DNA from: Lama guanicoe
Lineage: Eukaryota
Reading direction: 5' to 3'
Assembly: GCA_013239625.1 (NCBI GenBank)
Contig: MU054187.1
Span: 10,623,231-10,687,230 of the forward strand
DNA length: 64,000 bases
Shown: positions 12,913 through 26,509 of the stretch, piece by piece
Layout of the letters: each line of letters starts with the position of its first letter
Numbering within the stretch: the stretch's first letter is position 1
Made by a program: the position numbers and the translations under genes
The notes under the pieces: model-generated
Told to the model about the DNA's origin: nothing
What the model saw: the letters and a program-made list of their open reading frames with translations, nothing else
The model's database searches: none

Positions 12913-15900
12913 GGCACGTGTCCCCATCCCCATCTCTTTCTTCCCTTAGAGTCTCCAAGTCATGACACACTGTTTCCCATTCCTTGTTTGGGTAGAAAAC
13001 AGTACACTCAAGTTTGAAATGGAAAATTTTGGTTCTGTTGATGAGGAGCTGTGGAAACTATCTTAAGTCAACCAGAATATGAGCTTAATAAAATCTGGGA
13101 GAGAGAGAGAGAGACAAAAAAGAGAGAACATCAATTAAAATTCAGATAATGCCTCTGTCCTCCAGTGGTTTCTCTTTATAAAGCTGCAGATTTTAGAGTT
13201 ACTCTTTTTTAATTACTTGGAAACATCCCAAGTGCATATTTATCACCCCTGTAGCAGTTTTATATTTGTTTTCCATCCTATCCTTCAGCCAAATTCCAGT
13301 TTTTTATACCTTAAGATATAGCCACATTTTTGTTTCTCTAGGACTAGCTGTAAACGAAATGCATATGTTCTGTTTATTTTGGTTTTCAGATCAGGAGTGT
13401 GGAGTTTTCAGAGTTGGACACTTTGCTTTCTATGAGAAGTGATTCTTCGGAAGCAGGAGAAAACAACCAAATCTACAAAGAAGTGGAATTCACTTCTAAT
13501 GCTTAAAGCATCCTAGATTTCTTTCCTATGTTTGACACATATAAAGGATCTGTATTTACAAAATACAAGTTATCCTTAAATGTCATATTCTTGCACAATG
13601 TGAAACTAAAAAAGCTGCTGAATATTTAATTTGACGAACCCCACGTGCCCACCAAGTGTCAGGGACAGGAATGGACTCTTTGAGGAAGCAATGTTTATGC
13701 AGCAGGGAGTCACAAAAGAAGTTGGGGTGACAGTGTTTCGGGGAGAGGGGATGGGAGATACAGCTGTGGGGAAGGGAGTATTTTCCAGCAGGGAGAACAG
13801 TATGTGTGAAGATCCTAAAGGGGGAAGAAGAAATTACGAAGTTTTCCGGAGGCTGGAATTCAGGCGCAGAGGGCTGTGGAATAGGCATACAAGCAGAATC
13901 AATGTGCCTTCCTTTCCCTGCTTTCCCATCAGTTCTTCCTCAGCTTCTGTGAACGCAGCTGTCATTCAGGACACACTCCAGCCCCACTACCATGTGCTGA
14001 AAGAGTATCATTATTTAGGACTCATCTCAAATTTCTCTTCCTGCAGGAAGTCTTCAGGTAGAGCCTCAGCTGGATTAATTGCTCTCCTCTTTGAAACTTA
14101 AGAGCCTCTTTGTCTTCATTTGTTTTATTTTGACTTGTGGGTTATTCACCTGTCCGTGTAAAAGTGAGGGCGACCAGGTCCAGTTCCCCACTGTGCTGGG
14201 CACGTAGTGAGGACCATAAAAATAGCTGAAGTGAATTGGAAATCAGATTAATTGCAATGTATTGGTCTTCTTGTGGGGGGTGGGTGTTATCATTTTATTG
14301 AATTTATTCCAGGATCCAGTCTACTTCATTTTATATTCAGAAAGTTCTGGGCCATTTGAAGGGTACAGATGCTGACGCTGTTGGAGACTTCTCTCAAGAA
14401 GATTCATCAGCATAGCCAAGGTTCATAAATATCACATGAGACAAGATCAGACAAAGTTGAAATTATAGTGGCACTTTTGAGAGCAACATATCTCTCCTTT
14501 ATTTGAAAAATGCTATAATTTCATTCCACGTTGCCACTATTGCTTTCTGAAAATGTGAATATAGCTGCCTGTACATTTATGCATGTCATCTCATTTAATT
14601 ATCTGTACTGTTTTCCTATCTGAATTCAGACTAATTCATTTGCCCTTGGGAAGTTAAAATTTTGTCTAATATTTATTTTACTTTTGCATTAAAGGAATTT
14701 CTAATAGGAGCAATAAATGAGGTTAGAATGGCTTAACTCTGAATTTTCACATTTTTGTAATAAGTCCTTCATTGTGATGATATTCATCTGGGATGAACAG
14801 ATATTCTGGCTGACAACAGATGCAGATAAAATCATCTTCAAAAAAGAAACATTTGAAGAAAATTACCTCTCCGCAAGCTAAGAAAAGTTATTGTTTTCAC
14901 CAAAGCAAAGGGAAGATCCTTTAAAGTACTTTGTGCTCAGATTTCCTTCGGAATAAATGAGAGCTGGAAGTGACAAAGAGAAAATAAGTGTTCCCTGAAG
15001 ACTCAGTTAGGGAAAGATACTCTGCGAGGAAAAATTGTCAGTGCTTATGGAAGCAAGATTGGTTCTCATTTTTGACTGTCCTAGCTAATCACAAGGACAA
15101 TCAGTCCTTTAAGAATATATTCACAGCCTCCTAGTCGAGCTCTTTCAGTGAATTTTTTTCCTACTGCTTTTGTTTGGTTCTTTCTTGCTGACATTTCAGA
15201 CGTCTTTTGTTTGGCAGATGTACCATGGAAGATGAGTGAATCATTAGAAATTTTCTGTTCAAAGCTTTACCCCTTCACCAGTTGGGAAAAAGCTCTGAGC
15301 TTTTGATAGAAAAAAAAATTGTGACTTAGAAGAAATTAATAGGGATTTATTGAAAATCATGATTTATGTAAAGAATAGAGCTTTACGTTTGTAAAATTAA
15401 CTGTCTAGTTGCACAGACCACCCAACTTCAACTGAAGGCAAAGCACAGATTCAAGCCTGTGAATTTCTGTCAGACATTCAGGAAGAAAATCAAACACATC
15501 TTTGCTTCCCTTCTGCTAGTTTCAGCCAGAATGACTCTAATTTCAGGCACTTTGGCTAATTCCTTCCCATCTTTATTGGCGCTCCTCAAAATTCGTCCCC
15601 CTGAGAGGTCTAGTTCCACCTCCCCAAGGTTTAGTCTTTTTTCCGATACTCCCTTTATAATAAGCCTCTATTACAACATTTATCACATCATGCTTTATGC
15701 TCTTTTTATGTGTATCTGTTTCTCCTTTTCAGCTTGTCTTCGACTTCTTTTCAGTTTACTCATTACTGATAAGGTATCTATTCATAGATGATTAATGAAT
15801 GCTTGTATGTGTATAAATGCCCCAGATTTGAGGCAAACTAACCAGGACACAGAACAGAAACGGTGGTGGGGTCCTGCCTGACTTCATGATGACTTCGCCA

Positions 15901-15959
15901 GAGCACCTGGAGAATGGTGTGGACGCTGATGGCAGTGCTGCATGGGCTTGGGGAATCTT

Positions 15960-16800
15960 CTTGTAGTTCAACAGCATTTATTGTGCAGCTATATGCAAAT
16001 GCAGGAGCATGTGTGCAGTGCTGGGGACACAGAGATGAGTTAGACAGCCTGCCCTTGAGAATCTTAAAGGGGTGGAAGAGTTGATTTGGTGAACAGGTGA
16101 CTTTGAAATACTCTGCTCACCACCATAGCAGAGGGAACAGGCTTTCCGGGGAGCGTGGAGGAGGAGCCCTTAGGAAAGACCGAGGTTGGCACACGTAGAC
16201 AGATGACCGCCAGTGGGCCAGGTGCAGGACGGGAGAGCGCTGTCTCAGCAAAGGCATTGCACAGCTGTGATGGGTGAGGGGGGCAGGAGGAAGCAGGAGG
16301 AGTGGGCAGACGCAGCCACGGGCACCTCACGTGCCTGCTGGTTGAGGAGCTCAGGCTTAAGGCCGTAAGTGAGATGATTCATTTGTGAGTTCCAAGGGGC
16401 GAGGGAGCAGTACATTTTTAACTAAGCACCCAGGTGGTACCAGTGAGGACAAATTAGGGGTGAGAACAAGACTAGAGTCAGAAGACTGATTAGGAGGTAT
16501 TAGGAAGTATTAAAATAGTTCAGGCAAGTGATAATAAGAACCCCATGCAGGTAGAAATGGAGATGGAGAGGAAAGCGTAAATTTTAGGAATATTTGAGAA
16601 GTAGGGGGAAAATCTCCCCTGAATACAGAGTGTGTTGAGAGAGAGAAGGAGACGTACTGGATTGGGTGCCTGGATTCTTATCTGCTTAAGTGACAGAACA
16701 AGAGGACAAGCTCCTTTGGGGTTGTGGTGGCAAGATACTGAATTGAATTGGATTTGAGATGTGGGACTGATATCTAAGGGGCTGTGTTCAGTAGACTGGA
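15960..16800 (-). mobile_element. L2 LINE remnant
   Basis: TTCAACAGCATTTATTGTGCAGCTATATGC...TGCTGGGGACACAGAGATG is an antisense L2 3' end, followed by a purine-rich L2 body. Confidence 0.65.
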
Positions 16801-16859
16801 GTCACTCCCAGTGAGTAATAGTTAAAACCTAAATAATGCATGGGTTTTCCCAGGTGCTA

Positions 16860-16995
16860 GCACAGAGTACAGAGGGAACACAGGTGGTACAGAGAGGCTC
16901 AGTGAATCGTTCAAATGCAGGCAGCTGGCAGTGATGGAGCCAAGACTCAAACTAGGGCTTTCCAGCTCCAGAGCACCCACTTTTACTACAGTGCC
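16860..16995 (-). mobile_element. MIR SINE fragment
   Basis: ACAGGTGGTACAGAGAGGCTCAGTGAATC...GGAGCCAAGACTCAAACTAGGGCTTTCCAGCTCCAGAGC resembles MIR. Confidence 0.6.
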
Positions 16996-18074
16996 CCATC
17001 GCTTCTGTAAAGTAGGAGATGATCCCAATATTAATGTGTTTGGCTTGGGGCAGTGATTTAATGCAACTTCAGTCACAATAAAAGCATTAAGTACAACACA
17101 ACTATGTGGAATCTTCTTCGAAAACATGGGAATTGCAGAGAACAAGGGAGCATTCTGATCTATTTTGTTTTCTCTGAAAAGGGGTCATTTCCTAGCTGTG
17201 GGACTAGAAAAGAAGCTATGATGGAGACCACAGTAGAAGAAAAGGGTGAAGGGGGCTGAGCGAGTTGGAGTCTTTTTGTTTCTTGTAAAACAAAAGACAT
17301 TATCTCTGGAGTCTGACTATAAATCAAACTCACTAATGATCTTTCCGCCCATAATGAATATGCACCTCACAGAATATTACACGTCGTCTGGAAGGGGAAT
17401 CCATCTGTGTACGTTTTAAATGTTACCAACATCATTAGCAATACTCATCACTAGCCATGTTTTTTGCATCATATTCCAATAAAGTATTGACATCTACACT
17501 AAGTAGTATTAGATACAATAAAATAATTTATTATATGAGGATGATACCTTATAATGAAATATACAATATTTTTATAGAATGAATCTGAACTCAATATTGT
17601 CTTTTGTCTATTCAGTACTGAGATATTTTCATCATGCAAAGCTAAAAATGTATAGTTTTGTTCCATCCATAGCATATTTCAGAATATTGTTTACACATTA
17701 GTAAGTTGAAAGCTTCTTAGAGGTGCTTCAGTTGATACAAACTTTGAACTTTATCTTGAGCCTTGAGATAACAGTGAAGTCAGATGTGACATTTGACACA
17801 TTCGGAAAACACAATGGAGGAGAATAGATGAACAAGTCCCTTACTACTCTTAAGGAGAAGCATTTTTGGTAGATCTAATATGACGTTCATTGCATTTCTT
17901 TTGAGCAAAGTGAGAAAAAAAAGAAATATGCTTAATAGACAAAGTGACACTGAAGTCACGGGAAAATTTTTTTCAGTTGGTCTAGAATTTCTGCAGTGAT
18001 ATAAATGAGAAAACCCAGAAGGTTAATGATCTGGAATTGCCTGCTGCAGTAATATACCAGAGGATGGAAAGTTG

Positions 18075-18250
18075 GTCAGACTTGGATTCCAGTCCCCACT
18101 CTTCCATTGACTAGCTGTATAACTTGGGGCCAGTTCTCAGTATCTGAGCCTTGTTTTCCTTGTTTATCCATCAGATTTAGTGATGCTTCATAGGCTGACA
18201 TGAGTGCTAGGTGGGAGGAGGTTTGCGCAATCCTCAGTATTTGCAGAACA
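18075..18250 (+). mobile_element. MIR SINE
   Basis: GTCAGACTTGGATTCCAGTCCCCACTCTTCCATTGACTAGCTGTATAACTTGGGGCCAGTT...GAGCCTTGTTTTCCT matches the MIR core. Confidence 0.7.
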
Positions 18251-18864
18251 TAAAGAGAGGCCGATGACAAAGACTTGTGTCTGAAGATGAGTTTCATGGA
18301 AGGTGGGTTTCATGCGTTTCTTACAGAGCAACTTACTTGGAGAGTAAAATTAGTATCCAGGGCTTCTCAAGGTATTCGGTGTTGGAGCAAGTGACCTCAC
18401 TGCCTTGTGGGAAAGACATAGAGGTGACCAGCATTTAACAGTTTTGCAAAATTTGGAGCTGGAAGAGCTTAATTTGTACATAAAGATACTTCTGAGAAAA
18501 ACCTAGGTGCTGCATTTGATTTCACACCAGAAAAACTGTAAAAAAAAAAAAAAGAGGCAATTGTGGAAAACTATCTGGTAGGCTGTACCTCCCAGCCACG
18601 CCTCCAGTCGTGGATTTAGCCTAAAGACAGAAACAGTGGTTGCCCAACTGTGCTCTGAACAAAACAGAAGAATGCCTCCAAGTACCTCCAAGGACAGTAT
18701 TAGAAGCAGTAACTTTTTATACACTGTGTAATTACAAGCTAAATGGAAGGTATCACATTCAGCTCTGCTCTACTACACCCTGAATGCTACCAGACTTTTT
18801 AGGCAATTAATCAAGAACTGAGGTCATTTTCGTTATTCTGAAATCTAAAATAAAAGAACATTAG

Positions 18865-19447
18865 GAAAAACAGTGCATGAACAAAAGGAGATGTTCAACA
18901 AAGAAACAGAAACCATTGAAAGAAACCAACAGAAATCCTACAGTTGAGAAATACAGTGATGGAACTGAAGAATTTAATAGAGAACTTCAACAACGGATTT
19001 ACCCAAGCAGAAGAAAAAACCAGCTTGAAGACAGGATGTTTGAAATTATCCAGTCAGAGAAACCAAAAGAAAAAAGAATGGAAAAGAGTGAAGAAAGCTT
19101 ACATGACTTACGGGATACCATTAAGAGAAACAACGTGCACAGTACTGGAGTTCCAGAAAGAGAAGAGAAGGAGAAAGAGGCAGAAAGCTTATTTAAAGAA
19201 ATAATAGCTGAGAACATCTAGGGAGAAGTTGGGACATCTAAGTTCATGAGATTATAGGTCTCCAAAAAGTTTCAACCCAGAAAGTTCTTCTCCAAAAGAC
19301 ACATTATAATAAAACTATCTAAAATCAAAGACAGAGAGAGAATTTTTTTAGACAGCAAAAGGAAAAAAGAAGTTCTTCACATACAAGGGAACCCTGTAAG
19401 GCTATCAGCTGATTTCTTAGCAGTAACCTTGCAGCCAGGACAGAATG
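18865..19447 (+). mobile_element. Internal L1 ORF1 fragment (frameshifted; coiled coil and RRM region)
   Basis: The overlapping ORFs 18944.. (ELKNLIENFNNGFTQAEEK) and 18877.. (LEDRMFEIIQSE...SLHDLRDTIKRNNVHSTGVPEREEKEKEAESLFKEIIAEN) join into L1 ORF1p. Downstream, AGACACATTATAATAAAACT and AGGCTATCAGCTGATTTCTTAGCAG encode the RHIIIK and RLSADF motifs. Confidence 0.92.
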
Positions 19448-22400
19448 CCTTGAACCGAGTTTCAGTTCGGATTTCAGGATTTCTCTTCATGTAACTCTGA
19501 GTAAAGCACATTCCACAAAAGTCAAGGCTAATGCTTGAATGGAAGGTGGGTGGGGCGGAGGAGCAAATTCACATTCTCCTCTGTATTTACATTACTCATC
19601 ATGTGTTCTTTGCCCATACGTGGGCTCAGGTTCAACCTGTCTGGTGATTTGCATTTGTACAAGAGATTGGTATCTTTTAATGAGATTTTCTGTAGAATTT
19701 TCCCCCGAATTTAAGGGCTATGATAGTCAAATGCAGTTTAACAATAATGCTCATGAAACAGTCACATGGATAGTCAACTGCTGTGTCATTGTAATAATGA
19801 CATACAGAACCATACCTGTGACTGATGTCCGTAATTGACCAAACACCGTTACGGTTCCTTTTTGAAATACAGGGTAACTGCTAAAATCCAAAAGTTACCT
19901 GATACAGTTTAGAATATTTGGGGATAGGACATGATATTAGGAGAAGTATATGAGCCTGGCCAAGTGAGAAATTTCCATAAATTATTATAAATATAGAGAT
20001 GATCTCACAAGCAGTGATCTGAGAAGAAACAAGAATGTAGCAGAAATCTGAGCCAAATATTGTAGTTGTTCCTCCTTATTTACAAAACACCAGGGACTCT
20101 TATGCCTTAACCATCTCTCTTAGAAACTGGATATCCTCCAGTATGCCCAGAAAAGGGGAAAAAAATGCCAAATGCCAATCACTTTTGTCACTGATTTAAT
20201 CTCTGGATCTCATATGATGGAATTAATAGATTTAAATATTATACATGAGACTGTTGCATTATCTCTCTTTATGTAAAAACCTGACCATTCCACGAGCACC
20301 ACATGACCCTATAAAGCTATGGGCCTTATTCTTTATTTACTTGGGAAATCATTTTCCTCATCCTTAAGTTAGTACTTTAACTTTCATAACTCTGCGTAAA
20401 CCCATCTCTTTGTTCTCCAAACTCGTTTTCTTTCTCTCACGGCCAACATCAATTCCCTGTTTCCATTACTGTGATCTTGTTATGGATGCTGAAAGATTCT
20501 TTGCATTTTTAGGATCTCTTGCAGCTCTCATTTCCCTAAATTTTCATACTTTGTGTGTCATGTACTTCTTTCCAGTTACTCTTACATTTTTTACTAGCAG
20601 CCAAGTGTTCACCGTGTAGCACTGCTCCACTGCTTAACAAATTCATCACAATGCCTTAGTTTGGTATTTCATTTCCTCCCAATGTGGATCCAGCCCACTA
20701 GCCCAGCATCCTCTCTCCCTGCCTTCCATCCTCCCATTCTTCAGCCACCTGGGCTCCATCCATTTCTCTTTCTGTTCTGTTGTTCACGGTGTCCCCTCCA
20801 CTTGAAATGCTCTTTTCCTGTTTTGACTTGCCCAGAATCCCATCCATCCATCAAAGCCCAATTCATATACCATATTCTCCTGTGGCTTTCCTTCTTCCTC
20901 ATGTGGGTGCATCCCAGTAATTTTTTGTACCTTTTAACTTGCCTATCATTTTCTACCCTGCATTATAGATACGTGTGTATTTGTCTTTGCTATTAGACTC
21001 TATGAGATGTTTTCCCAAGACTCGTTCCATTGTAGTTATTTGATTCGGTTATATTTATACCACTATTTATTGTAACTTATGACATTATCATCTCTGTCAT
21101 TGGTAGTTTATTCTATAGGGACTGAACAGAAAACTATTACCATAATATATCTATTTTATGTGGCAAGGTTAATTTACAAAGTTATGACAATGAAACCTGA
21201 TGTACGCCTGCATGAAAGGAAATGTACTGTTTACTGTACATAAATTAGTAGGAGTGCATTCAAAATGGTCTTAATAAGATTTGCTGTACCGAGACAAAGG
21301 ACCATGACTTCATTCTTACTAACCTCAGATGCGTAATAAACTACAGTCAATTTTGGCATTAATCCAATTTTACCATTAACTTTCTCGTAGATTTTGATTA
21401 GTGGGTATTGCAGGACTTTTGTAATTAAGGGAAGTGCATTAGAAATTTATTTCCTGTGGAAATTTGTTGTAATCAGAAAAATACCATAGTTCTGTGACTA
21501 CCTGTAAACCTTAGGGATAGTGAAATATATGGCTGAACAACCTTTTTATCTGAGGGGGGGAGTACCCAAAATTAGTTGCAGCCTCAATTCCAAATTTTTA
21601 TTGTAACAAATAACAGGTTGAATTAAAATATTTGTTGTCTCTGTAAATTTCATAGGAGTCACTAGGCAGCTGTATTCCATGGTTGTGTTCTCTAGACTTC
21701 ATCAGCCCAAAGATATATTTTATAATAATTTGTTGCTTTCTATAATCATGGATTAACAAACATTAACTACTCACACAAATCTGGACCAGTAAATATATTT
21801 AATTCTGAGTTTATAGTAGTTTTTTATCTTCTAGAAGTATTTTGATAGGTGCAGTTACATCGTTGGATGCTTTTCCCATTTTAGTTCTGCTACACAGCAT
21901 CTCAGAAAAGATGATATTGTTTCTGAATAAGGGGTCCCGTGAGGTAGGCATTTATACGTCTTAAATCTATGAGAGCTGTTTTTCTGTTGGCTCTCTTCAC
22001 CAAGTAGGGGTCTTTTTCTTTAAAGATTTTGCCCCATTGAAAATGTGGAGATTTCTGCCAAGTCACTTTAAGTGAATCTAGCAGAATTAGACCAGCATGA
22101 TGCTGCTCTTAACTGGCTGAGTCAGTGACAGTTTTTTTCTTTTTTAAAAGGAACATCCCTTTCAGAAAGTAGGAAGAATGCTCAGTGTGGCCAGAGGTAC
22201 TGGCAGGTTTCTAGAGTGAAGCTCTCCTTAGGCGGTACCGGTGATACGGGTCAATTTTACAGGATATTTTTCTTCCCAATCGATTCAAGGTGTAGAAGAG
22301 CTGCAGTTTCTACAACCAGTGTACCTGATTAAGCCATTTAACAGACACTGTCCTTTTCTTTTAACCTAAGAAAGGTTCTTTCCTTTTTAGTCCTGAACCT

Positions 22401-23479
22401 CTGTACACTGATCATAGAATGTTGTCGATTCCAAACGTCTACCTTAATTTTCATTTTTTACATGTATCATAAAATATTTTAGATGACCTCAGGGAAAATC
22501 TAGACTTGTTGGCTTTCATTTTATTCCTGACTGTGGCCAAAACGCTCCAAGAGACGCCTCCCACTGTGTGTGCACTTGAATGATGGTTATTATTGTCTGT
22601 TGAACGAGTCTTCTTTGTTTCCCACAGTGCTGAGCATTTCATGGGCATTGATTAAGCATTAACATTATGCTGTCAGTACAGTAGACAATTCTAATATCCA
22701 TTGTGGAAATGAGGTCCTTGAGACCCGGGAAGGCTGAGTAATTTGTCCATGGACTCGCACACTCTTTTTAACCATATTCCTTTTTCTACAAAGCCCACTG
22801 GAGGAAAGGCATGAGGACCTCTGGTCAAGGTACTCTCTCTGTGGGCTCCAGCTGTGAAGCACCAGCTTTGTTCCAAGCTTACAGCAATGCCAGACAAAAT
22901 AGGAAGGCAGGCAATACAGAAGTCACAGCTGAGCTTAGAATTTATCATGTCAGCAGCCCAAGAGTCGAAAGGAAAAGCAAGTGCTGAGTTGTAAGCTGTG
23001 TTGAGGCCTCTGGCCTGCTGGGCTCTGCCGGCGGACAGGGGCCTGCTACATCTTGCGCAGGGTGGTGAGAAATTAAAGTCATCCTACGCTAGGTGGAGAC
23101 CCAGAGCCAGCCTCACTCTGTGCAACCAGGTCATAGAGAAGGGCTTCTTCCCTTCTAAGCGAAGGATGAAAACCCTGCTGCCCGTTACTGCTGCAGACGG
23201 TAGCGTTTGTGGACGTAAGATGGCAGGAGGAAGCCGACAGGGCCATTAAACTAAGGACTGGACCAAATCACTCACTGGTTCAGCGATGTGACTGGTAATA
23301 ATCCAGATAGTAGAATGTAATATTCAAATCACCGGTATGAAACTGATTTTAGGTGGGTCATTCTGGATGCAAAATTTGAGCACAGGATCATTTGTAAGAA
23401 AAGGATGATGAGAGACAGGAGCTGGGGCTGTTTCAAAGCACTAAATAAAAGGAAATAAAAAGTCTTCCCACTTCGAATG

Positions 23480-24400
23480 CACTTGCAAAACAAAACTCCG
23501 AAGTGCGTGAGGAAGCTTAACACTGAGAAACAGCCAAGGAAATGGACCATTGAAAATAAATTTGACCCAGAAGAAATTAAAATTCCAAGACACCATGGCA
23601 AAGTTTATCTTGGATGCGCAAGATATAAACAAAAGATAGTTGTCCATAAAGAAAGTAGACAATCCTGAAATAAAAGTAGTCAATTAACTATTTATTTACA
23701 AATATTTATTATGATCGAACTGTGTCTCACACATTGTTATAGGTGCCAGAGATGCAGCGAAGAGCACAAGTGAATGAAATCCACATCCATGCAGAGTTCA
23801 CATTCTTGTGGGGAGTTTACCCTTCAGTTGCAGATCTTGGAAATGAAAAAGATAGTCATTGAAGTAAAGTTCCCAGGAGAAAGGATAAACTCTAGATCGA
23901 CAAAGACAAGAGTTTTTCCATTTGGAAGATACTATTTAGGAAATCATAAAAATTGCATTAATGGGAAAGTAAGATCTTAAAGTGTACTTTTGTACAAGTG
24001 GTGGGGGTGGGGAGTGAGAGAAAAAAAGCATGAGATTATGAAAGTGGTAATAGCTGAGGTTATTGTAGAATTGAAGGTAAGATCCTTAAATTGAAAATAC
24101 ACTCTCAGAACCTATATGGATAAAGAAAAATTGATCACCTAAATATTTCATGGTAAAACTTCAGAACATTGAGGATAAAAACAAAATTTTAACCTATTAG
24201 ACAAAGAATATAGATTTGCCTCCAAATAAAGACAACTAAATTGAGAGCAGACACCAAGAGCAATACTGAGGGGAAATTTACTATCAATCTAGATTCTAAA
24301 ATTTTATGCCAGAGTATATCACTGACAGACATTGACCAAAAATGTTAATTGAATAACGAACTTGGAAAACTGAATATTCTTGAGGAAGCAAGGCTTGAAA
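23480..24400 (+). mobile_element. Ancient, degenerate L1 ORF1-like (HAL1/L1ME-type) remnant interrupted by an antisense L2 3' fragment (about 23690-23825)
   Basis: A-rich sequence with ORF1-like phrases (CACCTAAATATTTCATGGTAAAACTTCAGAAC...CTAGATTCTAAAATTTTATGCCAG). The inner TATTTATTTACAAATATTTATT...TAGGTGCCAGAGATGCAGCG is an L2 tail. Confidence 0.5.
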
Positions 24401-25770
24401 GAAAGTGTGGATTTTTTTTTAAAAAGTAGAGAGGAATAGAAACTTCTAAATGCCGTTAAATTTAATTCTTGCTGTAAAAAGTAGGAACAAATACGTATGT
24501 TAAACAAAGGTGAGACTGCACAACAGTAAGAAATATAACAAGGCTGTAAAAGAAGAAGAAATACAGATGGATGACAAATATGTGCAAATGGAAAATAAAA
24601 ACGCCAAAGATTGAAAAACTAATACCATCAGTGTGAACGAGGGTATGGAGGAGTGACCGCACCTATTTCTGGGGGCTTCTTCCTCTGGGGCCAGCCGTGT
24701 GGGTGATCCTGAAAGCATGGAAGTGACGGATACCAGTGCCTGCGTGGTGTTTACCCTGGGAAGGGAGAGTCTGGAACAACGAGGGCGGAGAAGTGTGAGC
24801 AGCAAGGAATCACCTGTGTCTAGAAGGTTTCATTTCTCTAAAAGGTGAAGCGAAAGTGCAAATTGCTAAGGTTTGTTAAAGCGTGAAGGTGCGGACGTAG
24901 GTTTCATCGTATCAGCCTAAACATTTACCTGAAAGACACTCTGAACTTTCAGGAGAACGTGACGTTTCAGGCACAGCAGTGAAGTTTATAGGACAGCCAG
25001 CCTTCTGGTAATGAGGCACTTGAGCTAAAACCCAACTCTCTCTCGGGGCCTGGCAGGCCCCACAGTGGACCCCCTGCAGATGCTCTGAGTTCATTCATTC
25101 CAGCCAGCTCCACCCCTACTGCATTTTCCCTGCTTCACGCAGTTCAGGCTCATTTCCTCTTCCCTTAACAGCATTCCTCTTGGATGGTCCTTATCTCCTT
25201 CTGAGACTGGGGAAAATCTACAGAGTTTTAAGGTGTATCAAATTCCTTTAATCTTCCTGTCAATCCAACACTCTTGATAGATGCTGATGCAGTCAGCTAA
25301 ATGGAACTGCGTATTTATAACACGTGAAGGGTGGTCCAGTCTGCTGTGGCTTGTGTCGTGATAACCTGATGGTCCTCAGCCGGACGCCGCTGGGGTTGCT
25401 GTCGTCCTCCTACTCCTGGCAGCGTTACGTGGTCTGGAGCAATGGGTAGCTGTGGGATTCAGGCTGAAGGAATGACTCCCCCGTGCTGTGGGCTCTTCTT
25501 CACCACATCGCCTTGTCTACTAAGCACAGTTGAGGAAAGGCATGCGGACACCTCATCAAAGTATCTCTGTGGATTCCGGCTGGGAGGCACCGCCTGTTTC
25601 AAGATGGTGCATGGAGACCTTTGAGGAGTTCAGGATGAACTGTAATGAGTGACAACCAACTTTGGATGCTGAATCGTTATAACATTTTTGTTATCATTTG
25701 AATTTGTATTTGAGAGATGAACAAACTAATTCTCAGTGAGAATGAGTGTAATTCTTGTTTTGGAAATCAT

Positions 25771-26330
25771 TCTTTTTTAATTGAAGTATAGTTGCTGTAC
25801 AATATTGTAAAAGTGACAGGTGTACAATATAGTGGTTCACAATTTTTAAAGGTTATACTTTATTTATAGTTATTATAAAATACCGGCTACATTCGCCGTG
25901 TTGTACAATACAGCCCTGCAGCTCATTTTATACTTAATCGTTTGTACTTCTTACTCCCTTATCCCATGTTACCCCTCCTCCTAGCCCTCTCCCCTCTGGT
26001 AACCACTGGTTTGTTCTCTGTACTGTAGAATCTGCTTTGTTAAATTCACTAGTTTGTTGTATTATTTAGATTTCACATGTAAGTGACATCACACAGTATT
26101 TGTCTTTTTCTATGTGACTTATTTCACTTAATGTAACACCCTTTGAGTCCACCCATGTTGCTGCAAATGGCAAAATTTCATTCTTTGTTATGGCTGAGTA
26201 GTGTTCCACTGTGTATATATATACCATGTCTTCTTTATCCAGTCATCTGTTGATAGACACTTCGGTTGCTTCCATATCTTGGCGATTGTAAATAATGCTG
26301 CTGTGAACATTGGGGTGCATGTATGTGTTC
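25771..26330 (-). mobile_element. L1 3' end (artiodactyl-type), antisense
   Basis: TTTTTTAATTGAAGTATAGTTG...CCCCTCTGGTAACCACTGGTTTGTTCTCTG...CATGTTGCTGCAAATGGCAAAATTTCATTC...GCTGCTGTGAACATTGGGGTGCATGTAT. Confidence 0.9.
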
Positions 26331-26466
26331 TAAGTGTACTTAGAACAGTATACCCTTAGAGTTATTAGTGTATTCTTAGAGGTAAAACTTTCCTAATTTA
26401 AAGTGTGAAATGTGATTAATCCATGAAGACAAAACCAAGCAGCTACTACTAGTAATGGAATAGCAC

Positions 26467-26509
26467 TGTGTGTGTGTGTGGTGTGTGTGTGTGTGTGTGT
26501 GTGTGTGTG
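26467..26509. repeat. Interrupted dinucleotide microsatellite (TG)7G(TG)14
   Basis: Read directly from the sequence. Confidence 0.97.

Noticed and set aside
13631..14101. 156-aa ORF
   Set aside because: Non-ATG start, overlaps L2-like purine- and pyrimidine-rich remnants, and shows no recognisable domain.
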